Source: a virus
Lineage: Duplodnaviria > Heunggongvirae > Uroviricota > Caudoviricetes
Strand: one strand, 5' to 3'
IMG/VR virus record: IMGVR_UViG_3300035670_000056
Location: 64,001 to 115,275 of that record
Length of the DNA: 51,275 bases
Shown: positions 1 through 10,121 of the stretch, one piece after another
How positions within the stretch are numbered: position 1 is the stretch's first letter
Layout: each line of letters begins with the position of its first letter
Notes under the pieces: generated by a model
The model's database searches: none
Seen by the model: only the letters and a program-made list of their open reading frames with translations
Told to the model about the DNA's origin: nothing
Position numbers and translations under genes: made by a program

Positions 1-2960
1 ACTCCACTTGTTCCACTGCTACCACTGCTACCACTTGTTCCAGAACTACCTGATGTGCCGCTTGATCCTGATGTACCACTTGCACCACTGGTGCCACTTG
101 ATCCAGCAGCTCCTCCAAGTACATAACTGGCTGATAATGCTCTTCTTGCATAACTAGCAGTACCAAAGAAGCCAACTGCATTTGTTCTGCTACTAGTAAA
201 TTGACTACCACTTATATTTCCTTGAACGTGTAATTTAGCACGTGGTGTAGCCACACCAATACCTACTCTACTGCCACTAACCACCAAATCATTTGCAGCA
301 TATTTACCCGCCACAATTCTGTTGTTGCTAAATACCTCAAATATAGGCAATCCTGTAATATCATTTACATTGAATAAGCTACCACTCAAATTATCAGTGA
401 CTTCAAACAATGTGCCACTACCACCATCCACTTTAAGCACACTAGCATTGCTACCACTACGATATACTTGTAAACTAGATACCAAGCTGCTTGTTACACC
501 TATGCCAATAAAAGCACTTCCACTCTCATACAACATAGTTGAACTATTAACAGCAGAAGCATTTGTATACTTAACAAATCTATTGGTAACACCCGCCGCA
601 ATCGCAGATGTTTTACTAGCAGTAATTGGATAAGTACTACCAGTTCTTAATGTACTTCCACCTCCACCACTTGCATTCAATGCATAACTTGCAGTTAATG
701 ATCTTCTTGCATAACTTGCAGTACCAGAGAATCCAATCGCATTTCTTCTGCTACTAGTAAATTGACTACCACTGATGTTGCCTATAATGTGCAACTTTGC
801 TTGGGGTGTAGCTGTACCAATACCAACTCTGCTACCACTGACAACCAAATCATTTGCAGCATATTTACCCGCAACAATTCTGTTGTTACTAAACACTTCA
901 AATATAGGTAAACCAGTAATATCATTGACGTTAAACAAACTGCCACTTAAATTATCAGTAACTTCAAACAATGTGCCACTTCCACCATCCACTTTAAGCA
1001 CACTAACATTACTTCCGCTGCGGTAAACCTGTAAACTAGATACCAAACTGCTTGTTACACCTATACCAATAAAAGCACTTCCACTTTCATATACTATAGC
1101 CGAACTTCCCACTGTAGTTGCGCCTGTATATTTGGCCAATCTATTTACAACACCAGACGATACTGTACCACTTCCTCCTCCACCTGCACTAGTCAAAGCA
1201 TAACTTGCTGTAATAGCTCTTCGGGAAAAACTACTTGTAATTGGATATGTACTACCTGTTCTTAATGTGGTACCACCTCCACCAGCATTCAATGCAAAAC
1301 TTGCCGTCAAAGCTCGTCTTGCATAACTTGCTGTGCCAGAGAAGCCAACTGCATTTCGTCTACTACTGGTAAATTGACTTCCGCTTATATTACCTTGAAT
1401 ATGTAGTTTGGTACTTGGAGTAGCAATGCCAATGCCAACACTACTAGCACTTACAACCAAAGCATTTGTACCATAAGCACCAGCGACCATTCTGTTGTTG
1501 CTAAATACTTCTAGTATTGGAAAACCTGCTATAGTATTTACACTAAATAAACTACCGCTTAGATTATCAGTAACTTCAAATAGTGTGCCACTACCACCAT
1601 CTACTTTAAGCACACTAGCATTGCTACCACTGCGGTAAACTTGTAGTCTTGATACCAAACTGGTAGAAATAGGACCAACGCCAACAAAAGCAGATCCACT
1701 TTCAAAAATAGGAGTAAATGATTGACCAACAGTAGTTGTACCTGTGTATTTAGGTATTCTATTAACTATACCACTTGATATAGTACCACTGCCTCCGCCA
1801 CCACCAGCACTAGCCAAAGCATAACTCGCGGTAATTGCTCTACTTGCAGTTATAGGATATCTACTGCCAGTTCTCATAATACCCACACTACTTGCATTCA
1901 AAGCAAAACTTGCAGTCAAAGCTCGTCTTGCATAACTTGCAGTACCAGAAAATCCTATAGCATTTCTTCTACTGGATGTAAATTGGCTACCACTAACATT
2001 ACCCTGTATGTGTAGTTTGGCACTTGGAGTGGCAATACCGATACCAACGCTACTGGCACTTACTACTAAAGCATTTGTACCATAAGCCCCAGCAACTATC
2101 CTATTGTTGCTAAATACTTCTAGTATTGGAAATCCCGCTATGGTGTTTACGCTAAATAAACTACCGCTTAGATTATCGGTAACTTCGAATAATGTACCAC
2201 TACCACCGTCCACTTTGAGTACACTTGAATTACTTCCGCTGCGGAAAACTTGTAATCGGGATACTAAACTTGATGATACACCCACTCCTAAAAATGCAGA
2301 TCCACTTTCGTGTACGGTTGATGTATTGCCAATTGTAGAAGCACTGGTAAATTTAACCAATCTATTTGTTGTACCCGACACAGATACACTTGTTCCGCTG
2401 CTTCCACTTGTTCCACTGTTACCGCTACTACCTGATGTGCCTGAAGCTCCACTACTACCACTAGTGCCTGGAGAACCTACACCACTTGTTCCACTACTAC
2501 CCGCAGTAGCACTTGAACCACTACTACCTGATGTACCAGATTCACCGCTGCTTCCACTTGTTCCACTGTTACCACTACTACCTGATGTGCCTGATTCACC
2601 TGATGAACCTGATGTGCCAGGCGATCCTACGCCACTTGTACCACTACTTCCAGCAGTTGCAGATGTTCCGCTAGTGCCATTATCGCCATTTACACCACTT
2701 GATCCACTTGAACCAGAGTTACCAGAAGTACCACTACTACCACTTGTACCAGATGTGCCAGATTCACCAGAAGAACCGGACGTACCACTTGTTCCACTAG
2801 TGCCTCCAGCACCGCTTGTACCTGATGTACCACCGCCACCACCGCTAGCATTTAAAGCATAACTTGCAGTTAATGCTTTGTTAGAATAACTAGAACTAAA
2901 ATTATAAAGATAATTTGAGCTGGTTATAATTCTTAATAAATCTAACTTCTTTAAAGACAT
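1..2960 (-). CDS. Large tail fibre/adhesin-like virion protein (partial; continues off the left edge)
   Basis: ATG at 2960 (MSLKKLDLLRIITSSNY...). The frame matches at four repeat checkpoints (327, 888, 1500, 2109) and I saw no stop. Contains G-T/S-S triplets and TASYA motifs. Absent from the ORF track, presumably because its stop lies outside the window. Confidence 0.8.
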   Translation of the reverse strand, partial: MSLKKLDLLRIITSSNYLYNFSSSYSNKALTASYALNASGGGGGTSGTSGAGGTSGTSGTSGSSGESGTSGTSGSSGTSGNSGSSGSSGVNGDNGTSGTSATAGSSGTSGVGSPGTSGSSGESGTSGSSGNSGTSGSSGESGTSGSSGSSATAGSSGTSGVGSPGTSGSSGASGTSGSSGNSGTSGSSGTSVSVSGTTNRLVKFTSASTIGNTSTVHESGSAFLGVGVSSSLVSRLQVFRSGSNSSVLKVDGGSGTLFEVTDNLSGSLFSVNTIAGFPILEVFSNNRIVAGAYGTNALVVSASSVGIGIATPSAKLHIQGNVSGSQFTSSRRNAIGFSGTASYARRALTASFALNASSVGIMRTGSRYPITASRAITASYALASAGGGGGSGTISSGIVNRIPKYTGTTTVGQSFTPIFESGSAFVGVGPISTSLVSRLQVYRSGSNASVLKVDGGSGTLFEVTDNLSGSLFSVNTIAGFPILEVFSNNRMVAGAYGTNALVVSASSVGIGIATPSTKLHIQGNISGSQFTSSRRNAVGFSGTASYARRALTASFALNAGGGGTTLRTGSTYPITSSFSRRAITASYALTSAGGGGSGTVSSGVVNRLAKYTGATTVGSSAIVYESGSAFIGIGVTSSLVSSLQVYRSGSNVSVLKVDGGSGTLFEVTDNLSGSLFNVNDITGLPIFEVFSNNRIVAGKYAANDLVVSGSRVGIGTATPQAKLHIIGNISGSQFTSSRRNAIGFSGTASYARRSLTASYALNASGGGGSTLRTGSTYPITASKTSAIAAGVTNRFVKYTNASAVNSSTMLYESGSAFIGIGVTSSLVSSLQVYRSGSNASVLKVDGGSGTLFEVTDNLSGSLFNVNDITGLPIFEVFSNNRIVAGKYAANDLVVSGSRVGIGVATPRAKLHVQGNISGSQFTSSRTNAVGFFGTASYARRALSASYVLGGAAGSSGTSGASGTSGSSGTSGSSGTSGSSGSSGTSG
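140..2360 (-). repeat. Four tandem copies of a ~190-200 aa domain (LQVYRSGS...LFEVTDNLSGSLF...EVFSNNRIVAG...SRTNAVGF.GTASYARRAL)
   Basis: Equivalent positions at 328, 889, 1501 and 2110; spacings 561, 612 and 609 nt, all multiples of 3. Confidence 0.9.
2390..2845 (-). repeat. Collagen-like Gly-X-Y tract with Ser/Thr instead of Pro (GTSGSSGES...), with an internal ~150-nt duplication
   Basis: Gly at every third residue; near-identical blocks start at about 2393 and 2543. Confidence 0.85.
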
Positions 2961-2972
2961 AGTTTACTAAGA

Positions 2973-2980
2973 TATAAATA
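2973..2980 (-). promoter_or_regulatory. TATTTATA putative late-promoter motif
   Basis: 12 nt upstream of the ATG at 2960; the motif recurs before many genes. Confidence 0.55.
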
Positions 2981-2998
2981 GTACTTAAGATAATGTAT

Positions 2999-3220
2999 CT
3001 AATTATTGTTTAATAGTATTTTGTACGTAGTACCATTTATAACAATAGGCAAATATAACCCACTACTACCTCCAGCAGTACCAGCCAGATTAAGTGAACT
3101 GGTAATACCGCTGGTATTTAAACTAATAAAGTTACTGTTTACTTTATGAAAACCAACTCTAATAGTATCAGCAGTATCACTGTTAGCAATAGATCCTGTA
3201 TTTACTAAAATATAAGCCAT
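2999..3220 (-). CDS. Small virion protein with a T4 gp9/gp10-like N-terminal motif
   Basis: NTGSIANSDTADTIRVGFHKVNSNF resembles the G..DDGTGD.LR.GG.KIN.NF baseplate/fibre motif. Confidence 0.45.
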   Translation of the reverse strand: MAYILVNTGSIANSDTADTIRVGFHKVNSNFISLNTSGITSSLNLAGTAGGSSGLYLPIVINGTTYKILLNNN

Positions 3221-3236
3221 AACACATTATATACGT

Positions 3237-5309
3237 TTAACCTCTACCCCAAGTATATCTAAATACCATCTTCAATGAATAATCTTTGCTCTTGGTTTGT
3301 CCATTCTGCAATACATAAACATAACCATTGTTCTTAGCAGCATCATTCATCGCTTCAGGTGTCAAGCTAATGCTAGTTGGACCCACACCAATTGTTCTCC
3401 ACAACGGAGCAACAGCTGGATCTGGTCTATAAGCAGATGGGATATCTTCATTATTAGCAACACCATTGCTAAAAATAACCACTTTGTCTCTGGTGTATGT
3501 GCTTTGTGTATATGGATTCAAATACATAGGCAACTCAACAGAATATATCTTGGTTGTAGAATTTCTAGATCTATCAACTGTGTTGAATGAAGATGTAGCA
3601 GATCCGCTAAATGTTGATAAGAAACAACTACTTCCACGTACATAATAGTTTGTACCAATCTTACGACCGCTTGTTGGTGATGCGGTACCTGTCCAACCGG
3701 TGCGTTTTACCCACAATGGCATACTTGCCAATGAAGCAGTGGTTTGATATGGATTCCAATCATCCCAATAAAAGAACTGAGTTGGTATTTTCTTATCAAT
3801 AACACCATCTCCTGCTATCATCTTTTTACCTTCAACAGTGGTTTGAGTAGCAGCACTTTCTTCTATTTCATATTTGGATCCTGTACCCCTACCACCTGGT
3901 ACCATCAATTTACTTGGAAACTTTGGATAACTCAAACTTCCACTATTTTGCATAGATGGATCGTAAAAGAAGTCATTAAACAAATTGGTATTGTTGTTAA
4001 AAGTACTCAACTTAGGTGTTACGCCTGTTATACTACTCAATGTTGCTAACTTAGAATATGGAGTCCACAGATTGTCTAATTTTGTAAATCTATTTGAACT
4101 ATGATATACAGCAGTATCTGCGATTGTTACACCACTTTTAAATCCCCATTGTCCATTGGTTGGGGTATCTGTAGATTGTTGACTAACGTAATAAGTTCCT
4201 TGGGTTTCCGTGGTATCGCCTTGACTGGTATTAAACTCTGGAGGATCAACCGCCCAATTTGTACCTGTACTAGTATACAAGTTGGAAAAAACTTGGGATA
4301 GTCGATAAAACAAATCGCTAGTGAAATAATTTCTTGGTTTATACGTAGTTGTATTTGGAATACAAAAACTTCCACTATATCTACCATTTGCGACACTCAA
4401 ACTAGCAGATATACCCAAGTCTAAAAATTGATATGGATTTTGATAGTTTGCAAAAAATTCTTGAAGTGGTCCAACTGCTTTGAATGGATTTTGTTCATAA
4501 CTTATAGCTGGGAAAAATGAACCAGTTGGAACATAGTTTACATTACTACCATTATAATATCTATTTACGAAACCAAAACCAGGTCCAAAACTAATTTGGC
4601 CAGGAGCAAATGGTTCGTTACAAAAGCCACCTTCATCAATTGGTATTGCCAAACCACTACCACTATCAATACCGCACAAACCGATCTTTTGAATTGCTTC
4701 TCTATCCAATGAACCAGTTGTCCAACCTGTGAATGAAGGATATTGAGCTGGAATTCTGCCACCAACACTGCTACTAAATGGACTCATATTCACACGCAAT
4801 TCGTAGTTTACACGAAGATATTGGCCAGCGTGCAAAGTAATTGGTGGGTCCAAACGAATTTTACTAAATAATGTTGTCGCAGCAGGTGTTTCTTTAAATC
4901 CTACTTCAGTATATGTGGTATTATCTAATTCTTTGTAGAAATCGAATGTTCTGTACAATCTAACCAAACTACCTGAAACTTTATGACCACAGTTGTTTTC
5001 GCCTGTTAGATAAAAAGCATTGATTTTTCTTGGTCTTTTCAACATCTTTTCACTAAAAGAAGCGGTTAGTGTATCAGTTGGACCATATGGATAATCGCCA
5101 ACCAAACAAAATTGAAACACTTGTGCCCATGGCATATAAGCAATTTTGTCCAAACCACTGTTTAAAATTGTGTTGGGTTTCCAGCCTGTTGAATATTGTT
5201 CGCTTACTTGGTTGTTTTCATCAACACCCATTACAGAGGCTTTATAAAAACCTTTTACAGTTCTGTGTAATGTTACTGTTTGTTCTTTTTCTACACGTGT
5301 GTTTGTCAT
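3237..5309 (-). CDS. 690-aa hypothetical virion structural protein (tail/baseplate-like)
   Basis: Long ORF rich in G/S/T/N/Y, in fibre-gene context, preceded by TATTTATA at 5325-5332. Confidence 0.5.
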   Translation of the reverse strand: MTNTRVEKEQTVTLHRTVKGFYKASVMGVDENNQVSEQYSTGWKPNTILNSGLDKIAYMPWAQVFQFCLVGDYPYGPTDTLTASFSEKMLKRPRKINAFYLTGENNCGHKVSGSLVRLYRTFDFYKELDNTTYTEVGFKETPAATTLFSKIRLDPPITLHAGQYLRVNYELRVNMSPFSSSVGGRIPAQYPSFTGWTTGSLDREAIQKIGLCGIDSGSGLAIPIDEGGFCNEPFAPGQISFGPGFGFVNRYYNGSNVNYVPTGSFFPAISYEQNPFKAVGPLQEFFANYQNPYQFLDLGISASLSVANGRYSGSFCIPNTTTYKPRNYFTSDLFYRLSQVFSNLYTSTGTNWAVDPPEFNTSQGDTTETQGTYYVSQQSTDTPTNGQWGFKSGVTIADTAVYHSSNRFTKLDNLWTPYSKLATLSSITGVTPKLSTFNNNTNLFNDFFYDPSMQNSGSLSYPKFPSKLMVPGGRGTGSKYEIEESAATQTTVEGKKMIAGDGVIDKKIPTQFFYWDDWNPYQTTASLASMPLWVKRTGWTGTASPTSGRKIGTNYYVRGSSCFLSTFSGSATSSFNTVDRSRNSTTKIYSVELPMYLNPYTQSTYTRDKVVIFSNGVANNEDIPSAYRPDPAVAPLWRTIGVGPTSISLTPEAMNDAAKNNGYVYVLQNGQTKSKDYSLKMVFRYTWGRG

Positions 5310-5324
5310 AGATAATATTATAGT

Positions 5325-5332
5325 TATAAATA
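5325..5332 (-). promoter_or_regulatory. TATTTATA putative late-promoter motif
   Basis: 15 nt upstream of the ATG at 5309. Confidence 0.55.
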
Positions 5333-5357
5333 GAAAGAAGATATACTTAATATTTAT

Positions 5358-6539
5358 TTATTCATATAGAGGTAGGAATTTTCTGCCATAACCCTCAACA
5401 TATACTGGCATCCATCCCCAGAAAGATTTGCTAGTTAATCCAGCTACAGATGGTTCTGTACCACCTCCATCAGCTGTGAATATATATGTATTTGGGTCAT
5501 TTATACTACCAGATACCATACCTGACAATCCTTCACCCAATATATACAAATTTTGAGCAGTGGTTTTGTTTTGTAAGCCAGGTGTCTTTAAATCTGTTAT
5601 AAATGCTATAGACTTGCTTACAGGTCTACCAATAGCAGCATTATCATAAAAGATAAATGAGAAAAATAACTCTTGATTACCCGCCATCAATATTGATCCA
5701 GTACTGTCAAATCCACTAGCAACTCCAGCCCATTCAATAGTATTATATGGTGATAATCTTACAGTATGACTTATACTGCCACTATTTACCAATCTAATTG
5801 AAAAAGCAGATGGTGTTTTGCTGCCGGTAAGTCTTATATTTAAATCATTCTCAGTGCTTAAATGATAATAAGAATAATAAGCGGAACAAGTTATCTTTGA
5901 TAATACTTCACCCTTGAAAAACGAAGAAGTAAACAATACCGCAGTACTGGTACCACTGTTCAAAGCATAACTAGCTGTAATACCCCAACTGGATGTGATG
6001 GGATAAGTACTACCAGTATACAATTGAGTACCACCACTTAATGCATATAAAGCATAACTGGAACTAACTGCCCAACTTGCAGTTATTGGGTAAGTGCTAG
6101 CAGTATATAATTGTGTACCACCGTTTAGTGCCCAACTTGCAGTAATAGGATAAGTACTACCAGTATACAATTGAGTACCACCAGCATTTGCATTTAATGC
6201 GTAACTGGCCGTTAAAGCCCAACTTGCAGTTATAGGATACGTGCTGCCTGTGAATAATACAGATCCAGCACCACTGGTACCACTACTGCCTGGATAACCA
6301 GTTAAACCACTTGTGCCAGCTGTAGCACTAGTACCACTACTGCCTGCAGTACCACTGGTACCACTTGTGGTGATTGAAATAACAGTGGATTTACCAACTC
6401 TACCAGTGTTATTATCAACTGTTAAATATACAGCATTGGGTTGAACAGATAAATCACTGGGTTGTATTTTAATTGACCCAGTAATTACTGTAGATCCTGA
6501 TATTGTAGGATCTTTGATAAATGGTGTATCTATTAACAT
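5358..6539 (-). CDS. Tail fibre-like protein with GGTQLYTGSTYPITASWAL repeats
   Basis: Four LYTGSTYPIT(A/S)SW-type repeats and a short GTSG tract. Confidence 0.6.
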   Translation of the reverse strand: MLIDTPFIKDPTISGSTVITGSIKIQPSDLSVQPNAVYLTVDNNTGRVGKSTVISITTSGTSGTAGSSGTSATAGTSGLTGYPGSSGTSGAGSVLFTGSTYPITASWALTASYALNANAGGTQLYTGSTYPITASWALNGGTQLYTASTYPITASWAVSSSYALYALSGGTQLYTGSTYPITSSWGITASYALNSGTSTAVLFTSSFFKGEVLSKITCSAYYSYYHLSTENDLNIRLTGSKTPSAFSIRLVNSGSISHTVRLSPYNTIEWAGVASGFDSTGSILMAGNQELFFSFIFYDNAAIGRPVSKSIAFITDLKTPGLQNKTTAQNLYILGEGLSGMVSGSINDPNTYIFTADGGGTEPSVAGLTSKSFWGWMPVYVEGYGRKFLPLYE

Positions 6540-6540
6540 C

Positions 6541-7143
6541 TTATTTTAACTTATTTTTATAAACTATATTTTGCAACATTTCTTTCAAACTGGCGTTACT
6601 CACAGGTAAATTATTACCCTCATATTTTCTTGGGGTAGTAATATCAACCAACTTGTACTTAATAGGCAAATTGTTAATAGTTCTATATGTAGCCAATATA
6701 TTCTTGCTACTATCATCCACAAAGAATATATCATTGTATCCCTCATTTTGTATCTTGTTTAATATCCAACTGGCTTTAGCCATAGGATCACCAGTATTTA
6801 ATGTAATCACTTCAATATCCACTCTAAAGTATCTCTTGATTATATCTTTTATGTGTGGCGCTGCTTCAGGCCCTCTAGCAGTCAATATCACAGTCTTGCG
6901 ATCACCATTCGAAGATGTAACTATCTTATAAAATCGTTTACCAATTGAACGAATTAACGTTGGGTTGATAAGTGTTTGAAATTGACTAAAATCAAATGTG
7001 TCTCCGATCTTCGGCTCATATACTGCGTATTCAGCCGGGGTAATTTCTCTACTAATGCCGTCAACTGACGTAACAATAACTTTAGCCTCCGTTTCAAAAA
7101 GTGTATCGTCCAGATCAAAAATTCTAAGTTTCTTTATTTTCAT
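6541..7143 (-). CDS. HAD-superfamily phosphatase-like protein
   Basis: Motif I FDLDDTLFET, motif II ILTARG, motif IV FFVDDS. Confidence 0.75.
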   Translation of the reverse strand: MKIKKLRIFDLDDTLFETEAKVIVTSVDGISREITPAEYAVYEPKIGDTFDFSQFQTLINPTLIRSIGKRFYKIVTSSNGDRKTVILTARGPEAAPHIKDIIKRYFRVDIEVITLNTGDPMAKASWILNKIQNEGYNDIFFVDDSSKNILATYRTINNLPIKYKLVDITTPRKYEGNNLPVSNASLKEMLQNIVYKNKLK

Positions 7144-7717
7144 TCAATAGATATTCCCAATTATAAATATCCAAATTATTTACTTTACGATTCCTTGATT
7201 TACACTTTAATTTTTTTCTTAAATAATAATTAAATGCCGAGTATGTTATTTGATCGGAAAATTTGTCTCTCCAAAGTTGTTTAGAATTTGAATATGTTTC
7301 TCCCGTTTTTACGTTAATTATCTTTTTTGAATTGTTTTTATTACGGGTCCACTTTATTAAATGTTCTGGCTTAACTTTTTTTCCTAAATTCAATTTTCTG
7401 TTTGCTTCCGACATAGCTTTTTTTGCTTCTTGATATGCACGTGAAGATACATTGTATTTTCTCTTTACTGTTTTTACATTTGGAATGGACATTTTCCAAA
7501 ATGCTAAAGAAATACCAGTTGAATGAGGTCTAATTCTATATAATAACCAATGAGCAACATAATGTTCACGGCCGGTTAAATAAACTATGTTATTAGAATT
7601 GTTGGTGCCCCCAATACATCTTGGAATAATATGATGTTTTTCATAATATTCTCCGTCGATTTTTTGTCTATTCTTTCTAGATTTAATTAAGTTTTCATAT
7701 AAGTATTTATAATTCAT
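7124..7717 (-). CDS. Free-standing HNH homing endonuclease
   Basis: EKHHIIPRCIGGTNNSNNIVYLTGREHYVAHWLL with a basic NUMOD-like C-terminus. Likely start is MNYKY at 7717. Confidence 0.85.
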   Translation of the reverse strand: MNYKYLYENLIKSRKNRQKIDGEYYEKHHIIPRCIGGTNNSNNIVYLTGREHYVAHWLLYRIRPHSTGISLAFWKMSIPNVKTVKRKYNVSSRAYQEAKKAMSEANRKLNLGKKVKPEHLIKWTRNKNNSKKIINVKTGETYSNSKQLWRDKFSDQITYSAFNYYLRKKLKCKSRNRKVNNLDIYNWEYLLNENKET

Positions 7718-7768
7718 ACTTATATATATTTGATTTCGATCCCTAAATAGATTTAAAATCAAATATTT

Positions 7769-9037
7769 TCATCCTCGTAATGCTTTCAATAGTTTCTTGT
7801 ATAATGATTCTTTCTTAACCAATTTATCCAATGGTATACCTCTGTATTTTTGTCTTATTTGCGCAATAGGCATACCATATTGTTTTTCAGCTTGGGCTAT
7901 CAAACTATATCTATCTTGTTTTTCTTTTTGTTTAGCGTGTAGTTTACGTTGTACAACGGTGTTAACAACACTCTTTATGTTATCGGTATAAGACTTCTCA
8001 CCCGAAGTCAATAAGTCATTTAGTATCTTGATCTCAATCTCTAAACTATCCACTTCCTTTTCAAGATTTTCTTTTTCGGCGGTAGTTAATGCAGCACCTG
8101 TCGTATGTAACTTACCTCTCTTTTCAATAAATTCTTGAGTCTTATCATCAATTACTTTTTCCAAACTAGGTCGCTCTTCTATTTTCTCAACGCCCCAATC
8201 AGGATAATCAAATTCACTACCAACCGGTGTAGTGTTCCAATCACTATCAGTTACTTTTATCGATAAATTATTACCTTTAATAGCTTTAACAACAGCTTTT
8301 ATACCCATTCCTTTAAATTTTACTTTGTCACCCACTTTGAATTCAACACCGACTTTATCTGCAACAGATGGTTTAGGTGCGGGTGGAGGAGTTTCTTTCT
8401 TGGGCTCTTCTTTATCATACAGTTCATTGTATGAAATTATTCCGCTGCCAATTTCATATAAACATTCTTCGGGGTTATATCCGTTGAACTCTATGACTTT
8501 CTCATATTGTTCTTTATATGGAAGTACTTTATTTTTATTATAATCCCAGAATGTGACAATAATAGCTTTACCACTTGGTATTGTACTTTCAATTTGTAAA
8601 TCTAAATTTTCAGGTGGTTTGCTATCTGTATTGTCTACCTCAAATATTCTACCTTTCGTAATAGGATCTGAATATTGACTCATTCTACCCAATCCCTTTA
8701 GGATATTTTCCAAATCCAAATGACCGCCACCATTACTACTATCCTTTAATCGTTTGATACCTTTTTGAGCCCAATAATCCAATTGTTCTCTCTTATTAGA
8801 ATCATACTTTATTTCTGGAGCATCTTCCATTTCTTTGATGTCTTTTAATACATCACCATCATCCGAATAAAATTGTTTTTTGTTGTCACTATATCCAAAT
8901 GTTGAATTTTTGCCGCTCACATCATCTTTATAAACAAAGAAAGCACATCTATTTGCTGGGGTAGTATAACTATAAGTCTTTCTCTTATAATATACAGTAT
9001 CAGGATTCTCCAAAAGTAAGTCTCTAAATCTGGTCAT
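7769..9037 (-). CDS. Hypothetical protein, putative head-internal
   Basis: Likely start MTRFRDLLLEN at 9037, 5 nt after TATTTATA; L-x-E motifs near both ends. Confidence 0.55.
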   Translation of the reverse strand: MTRFRDLLLENPDTVYYKRKTYSYTTPANRCAFFVYKDDVSGKNSTFGYSDNKKQFYSDDGDVLKDIKEMEDAPEIKYDSNKREQLDYWAQKGIKRLKDSSNGGGHLDLENILKGLGRMSQYSDPITKGRIFEVDNTDSKPPENLDLQIESTIPSGKAIIVTFWDYNKNKVLPYKEQYEKVIEFNGYNPEECLYEIGSGIISYNELYDKEEPKKETPPPAPKPSVADKVGVEFKVGDKVKFKGMGIKAVVKAIKGNNLSIKVTDSDWNTTPVGSEFDYPDWGVEKIEERPSLEKVIDDKTQEFIEKRGKLHTTGAALTTAEKENLEKEVDSLEIEIKILNDLLTSGEKSYTDNIKSVVNTVVQRKLHAKQKEKQDRYSLIAQAEKQYGMPIAQIRQKYRGIPLDKLVKKESLYKKLLKALRG

Positions 9038-9042
9038 ATAGT

Positions 9043-9050
9043 TATAAATA
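9043..9050 (-). promoter_or_regulatory. TATTTATA putative late-promoter motif
   Basis: 5 nt upstream of the ATG at 9037. Confidence 0.55.
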
Positions 9051-9224
9051 TTAGTCAAACCTACTCTTATGCTTACTTTTAAAGTGTTTCAACCGTTCCA
9101 TTATTTCTTCACGTTGTTTATCAGTATAAAACGACCAATCCCTCAACTCTTCCCAAGTACGTCCACATCCTTCGCATAGTTTATTATCAACTACTACACA
9201 GATTCTTTTACACGGGGTTTTCAT
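9051..9224 (-). CDS. DUF1289-like Cys-rich small protein (57 aa, not in ORF track)
   Basis: MKTPCKRICVVVDNKLCEGCGRTWEELRDW matches the SPC...C...C.GC.RT..EI..W pattern. Confidence 0.75.
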   Translation of the reverse strand: MKTPCKRICVVVDNKLCEGCGRTWEELRDWSFYTDKQREEIMERLKHFKSKHKSRFD

Positions 9225-9237
9225 ATTATTTTTTTAC

Positions 9238-9267
9238 ACAAAAAAACCCGTTCATTTCTGAACGGGT
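9238..9267 (-). terminator. Intrinsic terminator
   Basis: ACCCGTTCA-GAAA-TGAACGGGT stem followed by a U-run on the minus strand. Confidence 0.8.
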
Positions 9268-9281
9268 CAATTGATTTTACT

Positions 9282-9779
9282 TTAAATGTTTTTTGCTTTT
9301 TCTATAATTTCTTTTAACTTTTTACTCTTTTTAGCGTCCATTGCGGCTTTCTTCATTGGTTCTGTTTTGTTGCCATCTTTATCCAAATCCAAAAAGTCAG
9401 GCTTTGCACCTTCTTCATAACACTCATCACATTCCATATATTCCATCATCTTATCAATATCAGCTTCTTCTAGTTTTCTACCTACATATGGAGTAAGTAT
9501 TTTCTTGATTTTACCAAACAAGTCAGCATCACCTTGGTCACCAGCAAATCTGTTTTTGTCACTGTGTTTGTCAATTGTCTTGACAAAGGTCTTGGTAATC
9601 TTGCCTGGTTCTTCTGATTTTGGAGCTTTTTTAGCAACTGGCTTTTCAGCTTTTGGCTTTTCAACCTTTGGTTCGGCCTTTGGTTTTTCAGCTTTTTCAG
9701 CTTTTTCAGCTTTTTTAACTTCGGTTGCTACTTCTTCGTATACTTCTTGTATAAGTTTTTTTAAATCTGTTTTGGTCAT
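9282..9779 (-). CDS. Lys/Ala/Glu-rich protein with a PDFLDLDKDG Ca-binding-like loop; putative head-internal
   Basis: KAEKAEKAEKP repeats, DLDKDGN motif, LKKLIQE N-terminus. Confidence 0.55.
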   Translation of the reverse strand: MTKTDLKKLIQEVYEEVATEVKKAEKAEKAEKPKAEPKVEKPKAEKPVAKKAPKSEEPGKITKTFVKTIDKHSDKNRFAGDQGDADLFGKIKKILTPYVGRKLEEADIDKMMEYMECDECYEEGAKPDFLDLDKDGNKTEPMKKAAMDAKKSKKLKEIIEKAKNI

Positions 9780-9818
9780 AATAGTATTATATTGATGTTA
9801 TAGAAATAAATATAACAA

Positions 9819-10118
9819 TCAATTGGTTATAATTTGTTTTTTTATCAAACCGTCATACCATTTTCTACCAATTTCACTAAATCTATAGTCCCACTTTAAT
9901 ATGTAACGACTTTTTAATTCATTAACCATCGCCGTAGCATATCCTCTTCGACGATGTTCATAACTTATGTTTATATATTCTATACATACAATATCATCAT
10001 AGCAGTTGACCTTGTAATACTTACAAAAGCCAACAGCATTGCCTTGTTTATTTAAAATTTCACAATTGTATTCGTCTCGGTTATTGTTGTAACCCAAATA
10101 CGTGTGAATGAATTTCAT
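9819..10118 (-). CDS. GNAT-family acetyltransferase-like protein
   Basis: IEYINISYEHRRRGYATAMV resembles the acetyl-CoA-binding motif A. Confidence 0.65.
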   Translation of the reverse strand: MKFIHTYLGYNNNRDEYNCEILNKQGNAVGFCKYYKVNCYDDIVCIEYINISYEHRRRGYATAMVNELKSRYILKWDYRFSEIGRKWYDGLIKKQIITN

Positions 10119-10121
10119 AAA

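Noticed and set aside
1-2845. Short periodic DNA repeats as a possible CRISPR array
   Set aside because: They are in-frame Gly-Ser/Thr codon repeats; there is no constant repeat with unique spacers and no cas gene.
322-2862. Plus-strand ORFs 322-633, 775-1026 and 2104-2862 (Pro/Leu/Val-rich)
   Set aside because: Antisense shadows of the repetitive minus-strand fibre gene.
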